A stretch of DNA of 64,000 nt from Trichosphaerium sp. ATCC 40318 (taxonomy: Eukaryota; Protista; Tubulinea). Made by a program: the position numbers and the translations under genes. This document shows positions 36,600 to 49,900 of the stretch, in pieces (position 1 is the stretch's first letter; the number at the start of each line of letters is the position of its first letter). The notes beneath the pieces were generated by a model. The model did not search any database, was not told where the DNA came from, and saw nothing but the letters and a program-made list of their open reading frames with translations. The stretch is from positions 62,001 to 126,000 of the forward strand of contig JALMLS010000100.1 in assembly GCA_038496445.1 (NCBI GenBank), written 5' to 3'.

Positions 36600-39267
36600 A
36601 TGGTATATGGTCGTGTTGTTAGGTACCTGCCAATCAAACTTATTTTCTTGTTAGTTTGACATGCACCTTATTAATATGTATACCAAAAGGGTACTCTTAG
36701 CGCTAATAGAACTAAAAAGAACAAAGTTATTGCGCTAGAAATAAATACGTATTGCCTAGCGTACTTTCCAAACTCGAAAACGGAAAGACAAAGACTAAGC
36801 AAGCTTTCTATTTACGAAATAGAAGTAGAAAGTGTCAATTATGGGATAATGGCTGCTCCAGCTAGCAATTGTAGTACAAAGGACAGAGATTGCCTGAAGG
36901 AATCAATAAGGACTGCGAGTTCTGACGCGTTAGTTACTTTGAGGACATGGCAAAAAGAATTTCAACTTAGGGGTCGCTTTATCTTTGAGCGGCCTATACA
37001 GCTACTATGCCAGACTGTATTACAAATGAAAAAGGTAGAAATTAGCGTAATATACACTGATATTACTGTTATTAACCAAGAAGCAAGGTTCTGGAGCCTT
37101 ACTCTATATTTGCTGAGATGTTTATTCCAAAACATCAACGCCAATTCGATAGTGATGTATCTAAATTCCTCTTTGCTATGGATTACTGTTTTTGGGAGGT
37201 CGAAACAAAGTTAAATATGCTACGCGACTTTGCAAAGTGCGTTGTACGCGTAAAAACAACCTTATTTATTCATTTAGGGTTGCTTGGGGCGATTCTCAGC
37301 TACTATTTATTGGTGTCGTAATGAGGGAAGTTGCAACTGTACGTCATAAACCATTAAAACAAAAAGAAACCTTGCTTTGCGATTGTTTTAACTTATTACA
37401 AAAAGACGATTTTGAATTATAATTTATTGTGCAAAACATCATTTGATGAGTACGGAGAGGAAGTAGTGTCACCGCCTACTGCGACCTTGGCACTTAATAT
37501 ACGACAAGCTCATCGTGGTGGGATGAACGGGATGGGTCAGAGACAACTATCGATGAAGAATATTAAGGAGCGATTGTGAGTACAAGCATCTAAAAACGCG
37601 TATGAGTGACTGACTGTGTTTGTTTTTTTTTTTAGAAAAGATAGAAGCGAGACAGCACCATCAAGACTTTCTCCAAAAAGAAAAGTAGGATCAGTTTCGG
37701 CAAACATTGGAAAGATTAATATAAATCGCCCTTTGTATGTTCTTTAAACACTTGTTTATATTTTATTTATATTCTCTATAGGAGTGCTCGTAGACAGAGT
37801 CCTTTTTCAGAAGAAGAAAGTAGCAAGAGGTCTGGAAAGAAAAAACATAAAAAAAAACCAATCTCGTCTAGAAGGTACTTTTTTTTCTTTGTTCTTCAAG
37901 CAATGCGGCTCAGGAAGTTGATGCTTATACTTTGTAGTATTGGCAGAGGTAAAAAAAGGAGAGCAAAAATCAGTGGCTTTACTTCAATGGATGAAGCTGC
38001 ATCAAATCGTACTGTGGGATCTACTGGCTCTTTCAGGAAAAATAAAATCAAAAAGAAGAAAAAACGAGAAAAGAAAACCCTAACTCGTGGGAAAAAGGAT
38101 ACAACGTGCGTTGACATGTCAACCAACTGGATCATTCTCATACCGTGTTAGTATTTCTGCTGTAGATATATTTGCAGCGCCGCCAAGCGAACCTCCACCA
38201 GAGGTGCCTCTACAATTGGAATCTCCACGCTTTACTTTGAGGTTCCTACACGAAGACAAGGTTGATTTTCTTCAAAAAAGGCCCAAGCCGCCACACGTGT
38301 GGAACATAGAAGCTGTCCGAGCTGTAGTTGGCGTACACACTTCCAGTACCTATTAGATCTAAAATAATTTAGAATAAGCCGTACAAGAGCGGGTTCGTTG
38401 ACTTGGTAATGGCAAATGCCAATAAACGCCTTTGGGTGACTGTGGACACAGCTAACTTGATATGCTACACGAATAAACGGGTACTATTAACTTAACAAAA
38501 TACCCAAACTTAACTGGAATTCGATTTAGGACGTCAAAGCAGACAAGAAAGAACCATTGTTCAATTATGTACTTGAACAGATGAAATACATCATATTGAC
38601 GCCTGCAGGGAACAATTTCCACCTCACAATTACTTATGGTACGTTCAAAGTTATTTTTTGAGAATGTGTATTGAGTTTGCTTCCAGGTGAGGATTTGAAG
38701 CTCATGTTGTCATTTGAAGACCACTACAACGCTATAGAGTGGGCTCTTGCTATTGATAGCTTGAGACCTTCATCTTTGATGTTAAGTGACGTCAAATATT
38801 CTATCTTAAGTGCGCGTTTTCAGGCATCGTATCGTGGCGCGTTTATAAAATCTTCTCGAAACCCTAGCGAGGAGTATGAGGAATGGCTTTACTTTGACGG
38901 ACTATTAAACTGCATCAAAGGCGTTACTGACAGCGATTCCCTGAGTTACGTGTGGGATGGAGAGATTCTCCGCCCTGCACCAGAAAACTCACTTTTTAAT
39001 TATGGCCATGGCGTCTGGAATGGTGTCACAGCAATGTGGAGTAACAGTTCCCGCCTTGGAGATGATTCTAGCCTACTTTATGTGTGGGATATAAAAGACT
39101 CTACTTTCGTACATGAACGTCCAAAAAATAATTGGCAATATGACGAACAACAAAAAAGTATGAGCTCTGATGGTGGAAAGACGTTCTGGGTATACGAGGG
39201 ACGTGTACCACCTTGTATTTTGATATTTGTACAACTTGTTCGACTTGCCCGTTTAGGGTTTCCGTAA
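36600..39267 (+). CDS. PH-domain protein with a Trp/Gly-rich C-terminal domain (start uncertain)
   Basis: KSGFVDLV...KRLWVTVDTANLICY...LSFEDHYNAIEWALAIDSLR (PH-like); basic linker; final ORF 38671-39267. Confidence 0.65.
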
Positions 39268-40131
39268 AAAACCCCTACCTTTTTACCCCTAGTCTAGGGC
39301 TTCGTTAGAAACCCTAGTAGGGCTTTGTACTTGTTGCATAATAAACAAAGATTTGTGTTTCTTACTACCCAATATCGGGAATTTGTTTGTAAAAGGAAGT
39401 TTTGGAGGCGTTTTACGTTTCAAATTGAATAAAGTTGCAACTATTTTTCTATTGCGCTTGTGAGGGGTTGTATGTACTTATTGAGTATTTGTGGTGAGAA
39501 TTCGCTTCTTACGGAAAAGAATAACGCTTCAGACGCTTTTAAATAGCCTATGGCGTGCGTTGGAGACCTTTTGTAAGTAGTGTGCACAAAGCAATTTGTG
39601 AAAGTACTCAAACGGTTCTACGCACTGTCTAGAACACGATTACAGTGATGAATAGCGTCTAAATAAAAGTTGCTGATTTAGCTCGAAGCATTTTTGAGAA
39701 ATTGGTCTAACATTGCTACTATGCATTCTATAGCTTATTTTAGTGCGTCAGTTCGATTTTGAACGGTTGTAAAAGTTTGACACACCCGTTTACAAAATTG
39801 ACATGTCAAAAAACCAGAATTTCAAGGGGGCTCTCAAAACGCGTTAATAGGTTCGTCATGCCTTTTTAAGCGTTATAAACATAAAACAGCAAAGCACGCT
39901 CTAGACTTGAGTTTTCAAAACTCATTTTACGCTCTGATACACATTTCACAGTGGTTTTAAACCGTTTCGAAGGGTTTTTCGCCTTTTCAAAGCAACTTTT
40001 GAAAAACTTTATTCTTTGCAACTCTACACGCCAGGAATACGTATAGGGCATCGACAAGACCGCGTTAGAACGATAAAAAAAGAGTTTGCCAAAATTGGTC
40101 ACATACTTTAGTACGTTTTCCATCGCACATC

Positions 40132-41744
40132 ATGGCTTGCAATAAAAGACTCAGAACCTCTACCACACCTCAAACTCTCACCAACAAGAAGCTAAAAGTG
40201 AACCACACACAAAACAGCCCTTTATCAACGAACCAACAAAGCGTTAACCACTGCATAGAATACTTTTCTGGTACATCCTTTTCACCTTCGAAGCGATACT
40301 ATTAGTTTTTCCTTTTTCCAAAAATTCCCCACTTCTGTTTCTACTGTTGCTCAAATAACACTTACTTACCTTTAATATAGACCCTCATAAGGTCCTACAA
40401 CCTATCAAACGACGTTTTGATATACCCAAGAATCGATCATTATCAACTGACGGAGATTTTTTTGTCATTTTGTACCTAAACGGCGTTGCAGTTGCTACGC
40501 AGTTTGTAGACCTCGAGTCAGGCAAAGACCTTGAAATATTGGAGGTATGTACCTATGTAGCAACACACGTGACTAACGTTAATGTAGCTCCTCGTATTTC
40601 CTAGAACTACAACTTCGGACCCAATTAAAGGTCGGCTTAAAAAAGAGTCCGCAAATCAGTCTTATCGGGCACGAAACCAAGAAATCAATTTACTCGACCA
40701 TAGTACGTCTTTACCACAGATACACCATATGCTTACTAACACTATAAAGGCAAGTATACTGAAGCAGTGGTGAAGAGTGATGACAGACATCACTGGAAAA
40801 AAGTGACCGGAAACACAGTAAACCTTATTCGGAAAGTGCCGGAAATAAATGACAGGATAATCGGAGGAATTTGCCGAAAGGTGTTTTTACCAGAAGATCC
40901 AACGCCAGAGAATTGTTTAGAGCAACTCGTTGCGTATTGGAGTGTAAAAGAAGACGTGATTGACGTTTGGGTATACTTCCGTAGTAGTGTCCCACGTTCT
41001 GTTTCAGGTACCGTTTCGTTTTTTTTCTTCGAAAAACAAGAAGTATTGACAGACTCTGTACTAAATATTGAGTTAGGTGTCAGACGTAGAAATCACTATG
41101 ACGCAAGACTTCAGTACTTCTTTCCCATTATAAGCGGAGAAGGTAATCGGGAGTATGACGTTCGTAATGAGTGTTTTATTGTTCAACAAAAGGTACTTAG
41201 TGTTTTGAAAGATTGTTGACTAATCTTGTTTTCTCAGTCAAAAGCGAGAGGAAAAGCAAATAACAACCAAGATTCCGAAAACAAAATCAATAGTTCAGGA
41301 CTGTCAGAGTTAGTTGAGCCTACTCCAAAGCCTGTTAGTAACCTAGCAGGACTCTCTGGACCTCCAAAGCTCTTTACTCAGAAGGAGAAACCTGCAGCTA
41401 CTCCAGAGGGTCTTACAGGACCTCCAGAGCCTTTTGTACATAAACCAAAAAAGCACCAAAAACCAGAGTGGATGAACGAAACGAACTACCAACCTATGAT
41501 CCTCAACAGACCTGAGGAAGATAGATTAGTTCGCCAAGCTTTTGAAATTCTTAGACGTAGAGGCGTGGATGCGAATCAGGTCCAGCGCATGATGGATGAA
41601 AACGAACCCGAATGCACTCTTATAAATGATGACTCTGATTCAGAAACAGACAGCCGTGATGACATATCAGAAAATCGTGATTTACCTTCACTATTTCCTA
41701 TGCTCGGAGACGATATTCCGGACTACCTCGTGTACAACAACTGA
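40132..41744 (+). CDS. Hypothetical protein with a basic N-terminus and a Pro/acidic tail
   Basis: ATG 40132; GT-AG introns link the exons to ORFs 40767-41219 and 41226-41744; no family recognised. Confidence 0.6.
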
Positions 41745-41933
41745 AGTTGCATTGCTCTGTAATTACCATCTGTATCAAATAAATCTTTTCTGTTAAATCA
41801 TGGTTGCAAAAAAAAAAACCTTGAAAGTAAGACTGTTTTTTTGGTAAATTAATTAATTAAAAGGTAGACAGGCTAAGTTTTGTACATGGTTTTATTGTAT
41901 TATAAACAAACAAGGCTTTTTTGACTTTACGAG

Positions 41934-43378
41934 TTACTCGGCATCTTTGATACCATCGGGAGCAATCATGAATTGACAATCAGCTTCAGGCAAGCAAGGA
42001 GAGTCGTAAATCTTGCAAATCCTGTTATTTCCTTTACCCTTCTTTAGGTACAAGCGTGTGGTGGATGCGTGAGCCATAATATTACCACCAATAGGCTTTT
42101 TAGGATCACCAAACATCATACCATCAGGTGAAGCAACGACTTGGTTTGTAATTACCACAGCACATCCAAATTCGTCTGCAAGACGTAATAGATTACGAAG
42201 GAACTGCGCGAGATGCTGTTGTCGTACAGACAACTCACCGCGACCCTGATAATCTGTACGATATAGAGCTGTTGAGGAGTCAACAACGATAAGCGAAAAT
42301 CTAGACTCAGCCATCATTTGTGCGGCCTATGGAAAACGTATAAGCATAAACTGATTGAAACTCTTGCTGATAATATAATATATTGAATTTTCCCGCGTAC
42401 ATCAATCAATAACTTCATTTGATGGTCCGAGTTGTACGCTCTAGCATACGCGATATTCTCTAGTACATCTTCGCCTGTAAGACCATAACGCTCAGCAATA
42501 GCCAAACATCTTTGAGGGCGAAATCCACCTTCTGTATCAATATACAAAGCTTTGCCTTCTCCACCACCGTTCTCAACTGGCAACTGTAATGTCACGTGTT
42601 AGTAGAGTCTTTTAGTTGATAGATTAACAAAAGACGTACCTGACATGTGACGCAAAGTTGATGGCATAGCTGTGTCTTACCTAGAAGGGTGTCAGAAACG
42701 ACAGCACTTTAAAAACGGTTTGAAAAAGTTAACGATTTTTTTTTGCTACAAATAGGCTTCTTCCGTACCAGTTCTAAACTCTCCAAATAGTTCAGTTATT
42801 GATCCGGTTTCAATACCACCGTCTAGGAGTTGATCCAGTTGTTGCGAACCAGTAGAAATTTGTACAATGTCGGCACGTTGTTGGTTGATCTCTGACGCTG
42901 TGCAAAAGCCCATCGGGACAAGTTTACTGGCTAAAGAAAATAGTTAGGCGTTTTTTTCTGTTTTTTGCACTAATTTTTTACTTTATAACTCCATTAGTTA
43001 TGTAAATGCGTGTTTGACGCAAAAAACAAGTGTTTGATTGAACGAGAAATAAGTTTTTCTGCGAAAGTTGGAAAAAAGTTTAATAAAGCGTTTCATACCA
43101 ATCCCAAGGAGTTTATCTGCCTTAGTTTCGGCTATTCCCTTTATATTGGTCAATTGTTTCTTTGTTGCCATAGCAAGCGAAAGAACTGTGTTATAGCCTG
43201 CAGCTACCATCTTATTGATGTCAGCAGTGCTAACGCCATGTCTCTAAGCAAGTCGAGTGAGTTTCAAGCGACTAGTCGTTTCTTTTACCTCAAGTTCAGT
43301 GATAGGTAACGGGCCGTCATCCTCCTCTTGCTCCTCTTCTACAACTTGTACTTCTTCTCTAGCTGCGCGTCTGCTCAT
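41934..43378 (-). CDS. RAD51: DNA recombinase RAD51
   Basis: [67 protein letters not shown]. Confidence 0.97.
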
Positions 43379-43915
43379 TGTTTTGTGACTTTTTTGAACT
43401 TTGAAAAAATCAGCCAAGTAGGAACAAAAAAAAGTCCGAGCTCGTCAAGAAATACCGAGAATTACAACTCACTGGAATACCACTTTGAGTTTTTGTGATT
43501 GCTACATATGTTTTACTGTGGTCATCGCAGTGAATCGCTAACACGTCTCAGACAGCATCAACTATTTTTTCGAGAGTTTTTGAAATTGTGATAAGAAACA
43601 AACTTCTATTTAACTTGCAACCATTGCAACTCATCACAAAAGCTACAGCATGAAACACAAACAAACCATGGAAGCACCGTTGAGAAAGGTACACGATAAA
43701 CTCGTGATAAAAATAGTGAACTTTATTTGCTTGTTTGGTTACTGGTGTTGACATTTGACTCTCCTCACAGATCACTTTGTTTTAGTGAACTCTTTGGTAA
43801 GATATTGTGTACCTAACAGCCAATGCATGAGACCTTCGTCACCAACATGTTCAAACGACTTCTTGATGCATTTTTTTCAATCACGTGATTGACTTTTTAT
43901 GAAGATTGGAACATT

Positions 43916-45750
43916 ATGGCAACGCAGCTATTACATGTAATTACACTTCTTTTCGCTATATCGAGCGTCTACAGCTCAAAAACGTCATTGTATCGTACAA
44001 AACAGCAAGTTCACCATTTCATACCCGAACACAAGCGAGCACTACCAATTGTAAAGCAAATATTTGTAGAGCATACGAACCAGGTAACCAAAATTAAAAG
44101 TTCCTAGCTTTAACCGCTTTACACAGATTGCTATAAACTCGCCTATAATATACCCTACCACATTTGGTGCTGATCCTACTGGCAAAAAGGACAGCTCTGA
44201 TGCGTTCCAAAAAGTGATACAAGGTTAAACTCGAAGTTCAATCTCAGTGCCTTTGCTCATGTCTCTATTAGAACTCTTGAGTTATAACTCGAGTGAACAT
44301 GAAATGGCCAATAATGTGGTTGATTTGGGAGGCGCAGTTGTTGACCTTGGCGGAGGAGATTATTTGATCTCTAAACCAATAGTAATCCCTAAAGGCTATG
44401 GCAACTTTAGATTTGTTAGTGGTGAGACTACACCTTCAACTTTAACTCATAGCTTTGTATTCTTATCACTTAAAATATAGGTAGTATTCGCGCTTCAGAT
44501 TCTTTCCCTACGACAGAGTACCTTATAACCGTTGGAGGAACGTGTACTAACAAACAGAAATCTTGTAATGAAGATATTGGATTTGCTGATTTATTATTGG
44601 ATTGTAGTCACCGTTGTCTCGGTGGTATAAATATTATAGCTACAATGGGTGCTAATGTTGGACCTCGTATGTTCTATACTGGTTTCACAAAGTCAGGCAT
44701 TACAGTACGCGAAAACAAACAAAATCTGAAACCATTCGTGTCCAAAAAGCTAAATCGAAAGTAACGTATTTTAGGTTACTGGAGGTCATGAAGTAATGAT
44801 ACATAATAGCTGGTTCGGTCAATTTTATTACTCAGATCCAAGAAAAGCAGAATGTGGAAACCTTTCTAGTTCAGGTATCCATATAATAGGAAACGATCAT
44901 TATATCACAGATGTTATTGTATTCTCTGCGCAAATAGGTAAATCAAAAAAAAACCCATTTGAGAACAGTCTCGTTCTTACAAGAATGCACAGGCGTTCAA
45001 GTACACGGTGCAGCAAATTTGATAAAAGGTTTACATGCTTGGAACTGCGCAAGTGATAGAGGTGGCACAGGAATTCTTATAGATGGACCTTATTCGAATC
45101 GCTTGTTAGGTAATCTATGTTTTTCAATACTAAAAGTCAAACTTCTTTTTAGGTGTTTATATGGACTACACTAGCATTGTTGCTTATTCGCCGTATCATT
45201 TAACAATATCAAACTCATTCTTCCTTTGCGGTGGACATGTTATATTAAAAGCTGTCAAAGGTGGCACTACGATTAACGGGTTGAGTATAAAAGATAACAT
45301 TTACAACAACTGCCAAAACTCATCTATTGTGTTGGATGAGACAGAAGCCAAATTTACATCTGTTACTGATACATATATCGAAGGTAATATGATGACTTCT
45401 GGTTATAGTCAAAACAGTACAAAAGCAACAGCCACGCTTCGTCTGGAGAAAGCTAAAAGATGGTTTTTTGATTTTAGTAATTCGTTATTATTTCCATCCA
45501 TAAAGCACGTGACGTATAGCATCATGATAGAGGATGAAGAATTTGCAATGCATGCTGCGAGGTTACCTGTAGGTAAAACTGTTGCTATTGAAACCAACAT
45601 CCCTGTTACAGCTACAGTACGTGTTAATGCGTTCATCTCAATTTTCGGTGAAACAAATTCCAAAACGGCTTTTTATTCAGTACATTCTAGGTTGAAGTTC
45701 ATGTGGATCAAAGCGATTATTCTCATAATTGTACTGGAGGAAAATGCTAA
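43916..45750 (+). CDS. Secreted beta-helix pectin-lyase-fold protein (QRT3 polygalacturonase-like)
   Basis: Signal peptide; IYPTTFGADPTGKKDSSDAF; DLGGAVVDLGGGDYLISKP; GHEVMIHNSWFGQ; GNDHYITDVIVFSA; YMDYTSIV. Confidence 0.85.
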
Positions 45751-45861
45751 TAACAACGAAAATGTTCGAACAGTTCTTAATATCACGTGCAATTTATTGA
45801 TCAACTTTTATTTGTTTTGTAATGACTTAACATAAGAACGTCGAACTTAGTTTACTTACTT

Positions 45862-46733
45862 CTAATTAAAGAACTTTATACCCAAAGATTCAACAGCTTC
45901 TTTTGTTATAAGGCTGGGTCCTTGTATCTGAAAGTACTTCAATGATTTCATATGAGGGAAACAGTTATTTGTAATGTTCCCAACGCCACAAAATACAAGC
46001 GCCAGACTTTCAAGGTTTGTCAAGTTCTTCAAACCATCGTCTGTTATTTCAGTGCATGTAGTGAGCACAAGACGTTTTACATTTGTCAAAGATTTGATTC
46101 CTTTGTCTGTTACAGATACTTTTCCAAAAGTATTGTCACCTAATATAACTGTATGTACGTTACAAAGGTGTTCAAGCCAAAAGTCTTTAGCAATATCATT
46201 CAAGCCAATCGCATGTACATCTTTGAGTGCCTTTATACCTTCAACACTGATATTCTTGCAACCATGAATACTTATCGTATGTACTCCTTTGAGTGCCTTC
46301 AATGAAACGTCTGTTATGGATGTGTAGGATAAGTCAATGTCGTAAATGGTATGGTTAATCCTTCTCGCTTTACAAGTGAAATGACATCCGAGTCTGTGAT
46401 TGACATTGGATATCTAAGAGATATGGTGTGAACACCAAATAGACAAGCCAAATCGCTTTTGGATACTGGTGTTAATATAGTCGAATTAATTTTAGTGTTC
46501 TTCAACAAGGGACTGTCTTTGAGAACAATACAATCTGATGACACCTTTAATTTGATTTGATCAAATCCGATCTTTTGGCGAATTACGTTGTTAAAGGCGT
46601 GGGATACTGCTGAAGCTTTAATACGTTGTCTTCTGTTTAACCTACGCAACACGTGCGTCAATATCTCTACAGGCAACTCTTCACATAGTGATGACGTCAT
46701 GATAGGATGATCTGTGGTCCTTGGCGATGACAT
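45862..46733 (-). pseudogene. Intronless F-box/LRR paralogue with a single-base frameshift near 46360 (pseudogene or assembly indel)
   Basis: LPVEILTHVL...GVHTISL..ITDSDVISLVKREG continues in another frame as INHTIYDIDLSYTSITDVSLKALKGVHTI. Confidence 0.65.
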
Positions 46734-46959
46734 TTATATGTTTTAGACTAGTTGTTAAGGCAACATGTTCTATTTCTAGGAATGTGGTGTACTGACTCTA
46801 TTTAATTTCACAAAATTCGTTTGATGACGTACGTTTTTCTAAGAAATCATGTGATTTAGCTAATAGCAACGCTTTTAGCACCCTGCACGTGATCTGCCTT
46901 GCTTCTTTCAGCTACTCCGTACACTTTATTCCAATATGGCTAACGACTTTATATGCACT

Positions 46960-49900
46960 TTAAGGAGAGGTTTTGACGGGTTTGAGTATCGTGTTCCCAT
47001 CAATAATACGGCTGTACAATTTCTTATTTATTCCAGGAGTATACTACAAGGAAAATGATGACTACTACAAGAGGCACAGCTACTGAAGCAATTGCATCAC
47101 CAATATGTACGCTGGGTACAGTGAGTTGCCTTATTTTTGCTTCTTTTGTTGTTGGATCAGAAAGAGCCAAGTATAGCTTTATTCTCATATCAATATCCTT
47201 ATCACGTGTTAGTATAAATGTGTTTTAGTAAAGTTGCTATTTTACCTTTTCCCACATGAGGTGGTGCTCAGTTGAAAGTGATTCGTCTGAAATATGGAAC
47301 AAGTAAAGCGTGGGATCAACAACAAACTTAAATTTCTTGAAGGATTTAGGGATTAGGATTAAATAAAAATGTGCCTTGTGTGGTACCATACCTTGCTGTT
47401 TAAGATTTTTGAGTATGTGACACGCGGTGCTAGAGTTGATCTGCTTATATCTTCAGAGAACCTTTTAAGTATGAGCAAGAGAGGTACATTAACAGAAAAA
47501 AAGAGTAAACGACCTTGGTAACTTCTCTTTTGATCCAATTATCGTTGGTGTGAAGAAAGGTTTATATTTGATATTGTATAACCTCCACGCATCGAACCAT
47601 AAGTCAACATCCATGAAGTTTCTTAAGACGTCCTCTTCTGCTTTAGTTAAGGGGGAATAAGTTTGATACAGTATAGAAATAAAACAAAACATTGCAATGC
47701 AACTGCAAGTGGGATACTGTAAAGTGTGACTTCTTTGTTTGACATGGCTGTTACCAACTCTTTTTTTGTATAATCTTGTGTTTCGTTTACGTTAAAAACT
47801 GGCATAACAATCACTGACCGCCTTTGAGATTTTAAGATTGTCCATACTAGTAATACAGTAATATATTAGACGAACAAAAAATGCCATGGAAGTTGACTAG
47901 TTGATTACGCTTTACGTACCTTTTGAATTGCTGACAATACTATCCAAAAAACTTTTTGGAAATGTGAAATCAATATCCATTATCAACACATTGCTTGCTA
48001 TACTATTCTCAATAGCAACATTAAGTAAAACGCCACTATTAATAGCATCATGCTAAAATAAAACTGTATAAGGATACGCTGTTCAAACTCTGTTTGTATC
48101 GTTACCTTGGACGACTTTGGAACAACAATGTTAACTATCATTTGTTTCAAGATGTCTTCATTTGCCATCAGTGTACCAATAGAAGAACCGAAACTTTTGA
48201 GGTATATTGAAGCACTAATAGGTCCTATGTCTTTCCACGTATGCCATAATTTTATAAGCAATGGTAATTTGTCAAGTGTCAAATATGTAACAAGACCTTT
48301 ATAACGTGTCAATATAAAATACGCTTGTCTTTCTTCTTCTTACCTAGCTTATTGGCGTTCCTTATTGGCCTTGGTTTATTATAGTATTTACCTAATACTG
48401 TGTACGGTATACTACCCTTCTTGTCGCCTATTCTTGGTGTAGAATCCAAGTTCTTACCATACAACAACTTCAGCGAAACATTATCTACGAACACAACACT
48501 ACCGCTCCCTGTAAAACACCCCACAACGTAAGAATCTTATTATTCCATTCTATCAAAAAATTGGCATACTTGATAGTATCATTATCGTCAAGCTTGATAC
48601 AAAAGGGTGTTTAATTTCAATCTTTTCAGTGAAAGATCCCCAATGTGAAGAAGTGAAGCTACCGAGATGTAGTATTACTGTATCCCTTCCTACAGGGTAC
48701 CTAACTTCAACAAATGCTTGGAGATCAGGTACATGTTCTTCGGGTGTCATTGAATCGAGACCAACGATCAATCCTACAACACCTGCTGATCCATCTAAAA
48801 ATTGACTTTAGAAATCACGTGGCCTGTATTTCTTGTGCTTGCCTGGATGTGATCTTTCGTTTATCAGCACGGTCTGTGCTATACCATTAAAGGAACTTAG
48901 CGAATCACCTTCTAATCTAACTGCTGTTCTATTTTGAGACTGAATATTGGCAGCTGCGGCAGACCCTAAAGTAGATGGTTTGTTGTACTTCGCTACCTGT
49001 AAAAAATCATGAAACCAAAGCGTACCTGCGAAAATTTCCCAGTGGTTCAAGTTATTTCCTCTGAATGTGAAGCTTGGATTCTGTAGTAACTCTTCTCCTG
49101 GTTTTAGTGTATCTATATCCCTTTCTAAGTGTTCAAGGTGATGACATTTATAGTTTTCTGAAATATGGTTTGCTTGGCGAATTAATTGGAAAGGATCAAG
49201 TTGTTTCCCACCGCTTGTGTACTCTTCTTTTTGCTCAAAAACAACTGCTTGTGTATGTGGCTTGAGAATAGGTAGATCCACATGAACGTCAGCGGAAGAT
49301 GTAATTTTTTGTCTGATGGGTTTCTTGACTTGGTTGTGCTTCTGAGGGTTGGTATTTTGTTGAGTTGTGGTTTGCATTGGTTTTGGTTTGGGCTTTTTAG
49401 ATATTATGCTTTTTAGTGCATTATCATCACTCCCTGTTTCTGACATTTCGAATTTGTAGGCTGCTGCTTTATCATCTTTGATTAATTTCGAGAATGCTTC
49501 AAAAAGTTCAGAATTTGCATTGAACTAACCTCTTGTAATTAGAACAAAAAATTAGGTGATTGTGATGACGCACATGCTTTCTATCAAGGTGAACATGTTG
49601 TCCGTGAGGCTTGACGACAAACAGATCTGGCATAGCAAAGAAAGAGAATCCAATGAACTGCAAAGAGTATACTAGTTGTAGCTTTGAGAAGTACTCACCT
49701 CGAAACTCCTCATTAAATCTACAGCAAAGTAAGGTTTGATATTATAAAGGACGGGTTATGAGGTGTTCAACACAATCGTACAATGGTATGCTATCTTTTG
49801 GTGCTATAAAATAAGGATCAAAGTTGGAATCAGGAACAATATTATATATTTTCTCCTCTTTGAAGAACTGCTTGTAATTCGTAGCAGCATGAGATCCAGG

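Noticed and set aside
39268-39325. CCCCTA/ACCCTAG motifs and small CCCTAG...TAGGG hairpins resembling telomeric repeats or element ends
   Set aside because: Only a few non-tandem copies in a 3' UTR, with no matching second end or target-site duplication found.
39866-40123. 85-aa minus-strand ORF
   Set aside because: No recognisable motif or splice support; it lies in the probable promoter of the gene at 40132.
41934-43378. Calling the recombinase DMC1 because MND1 is nearby
   Set aside because: ALYRTDY, LADEFG and GGNIMAHAS are RAD51-type residues.
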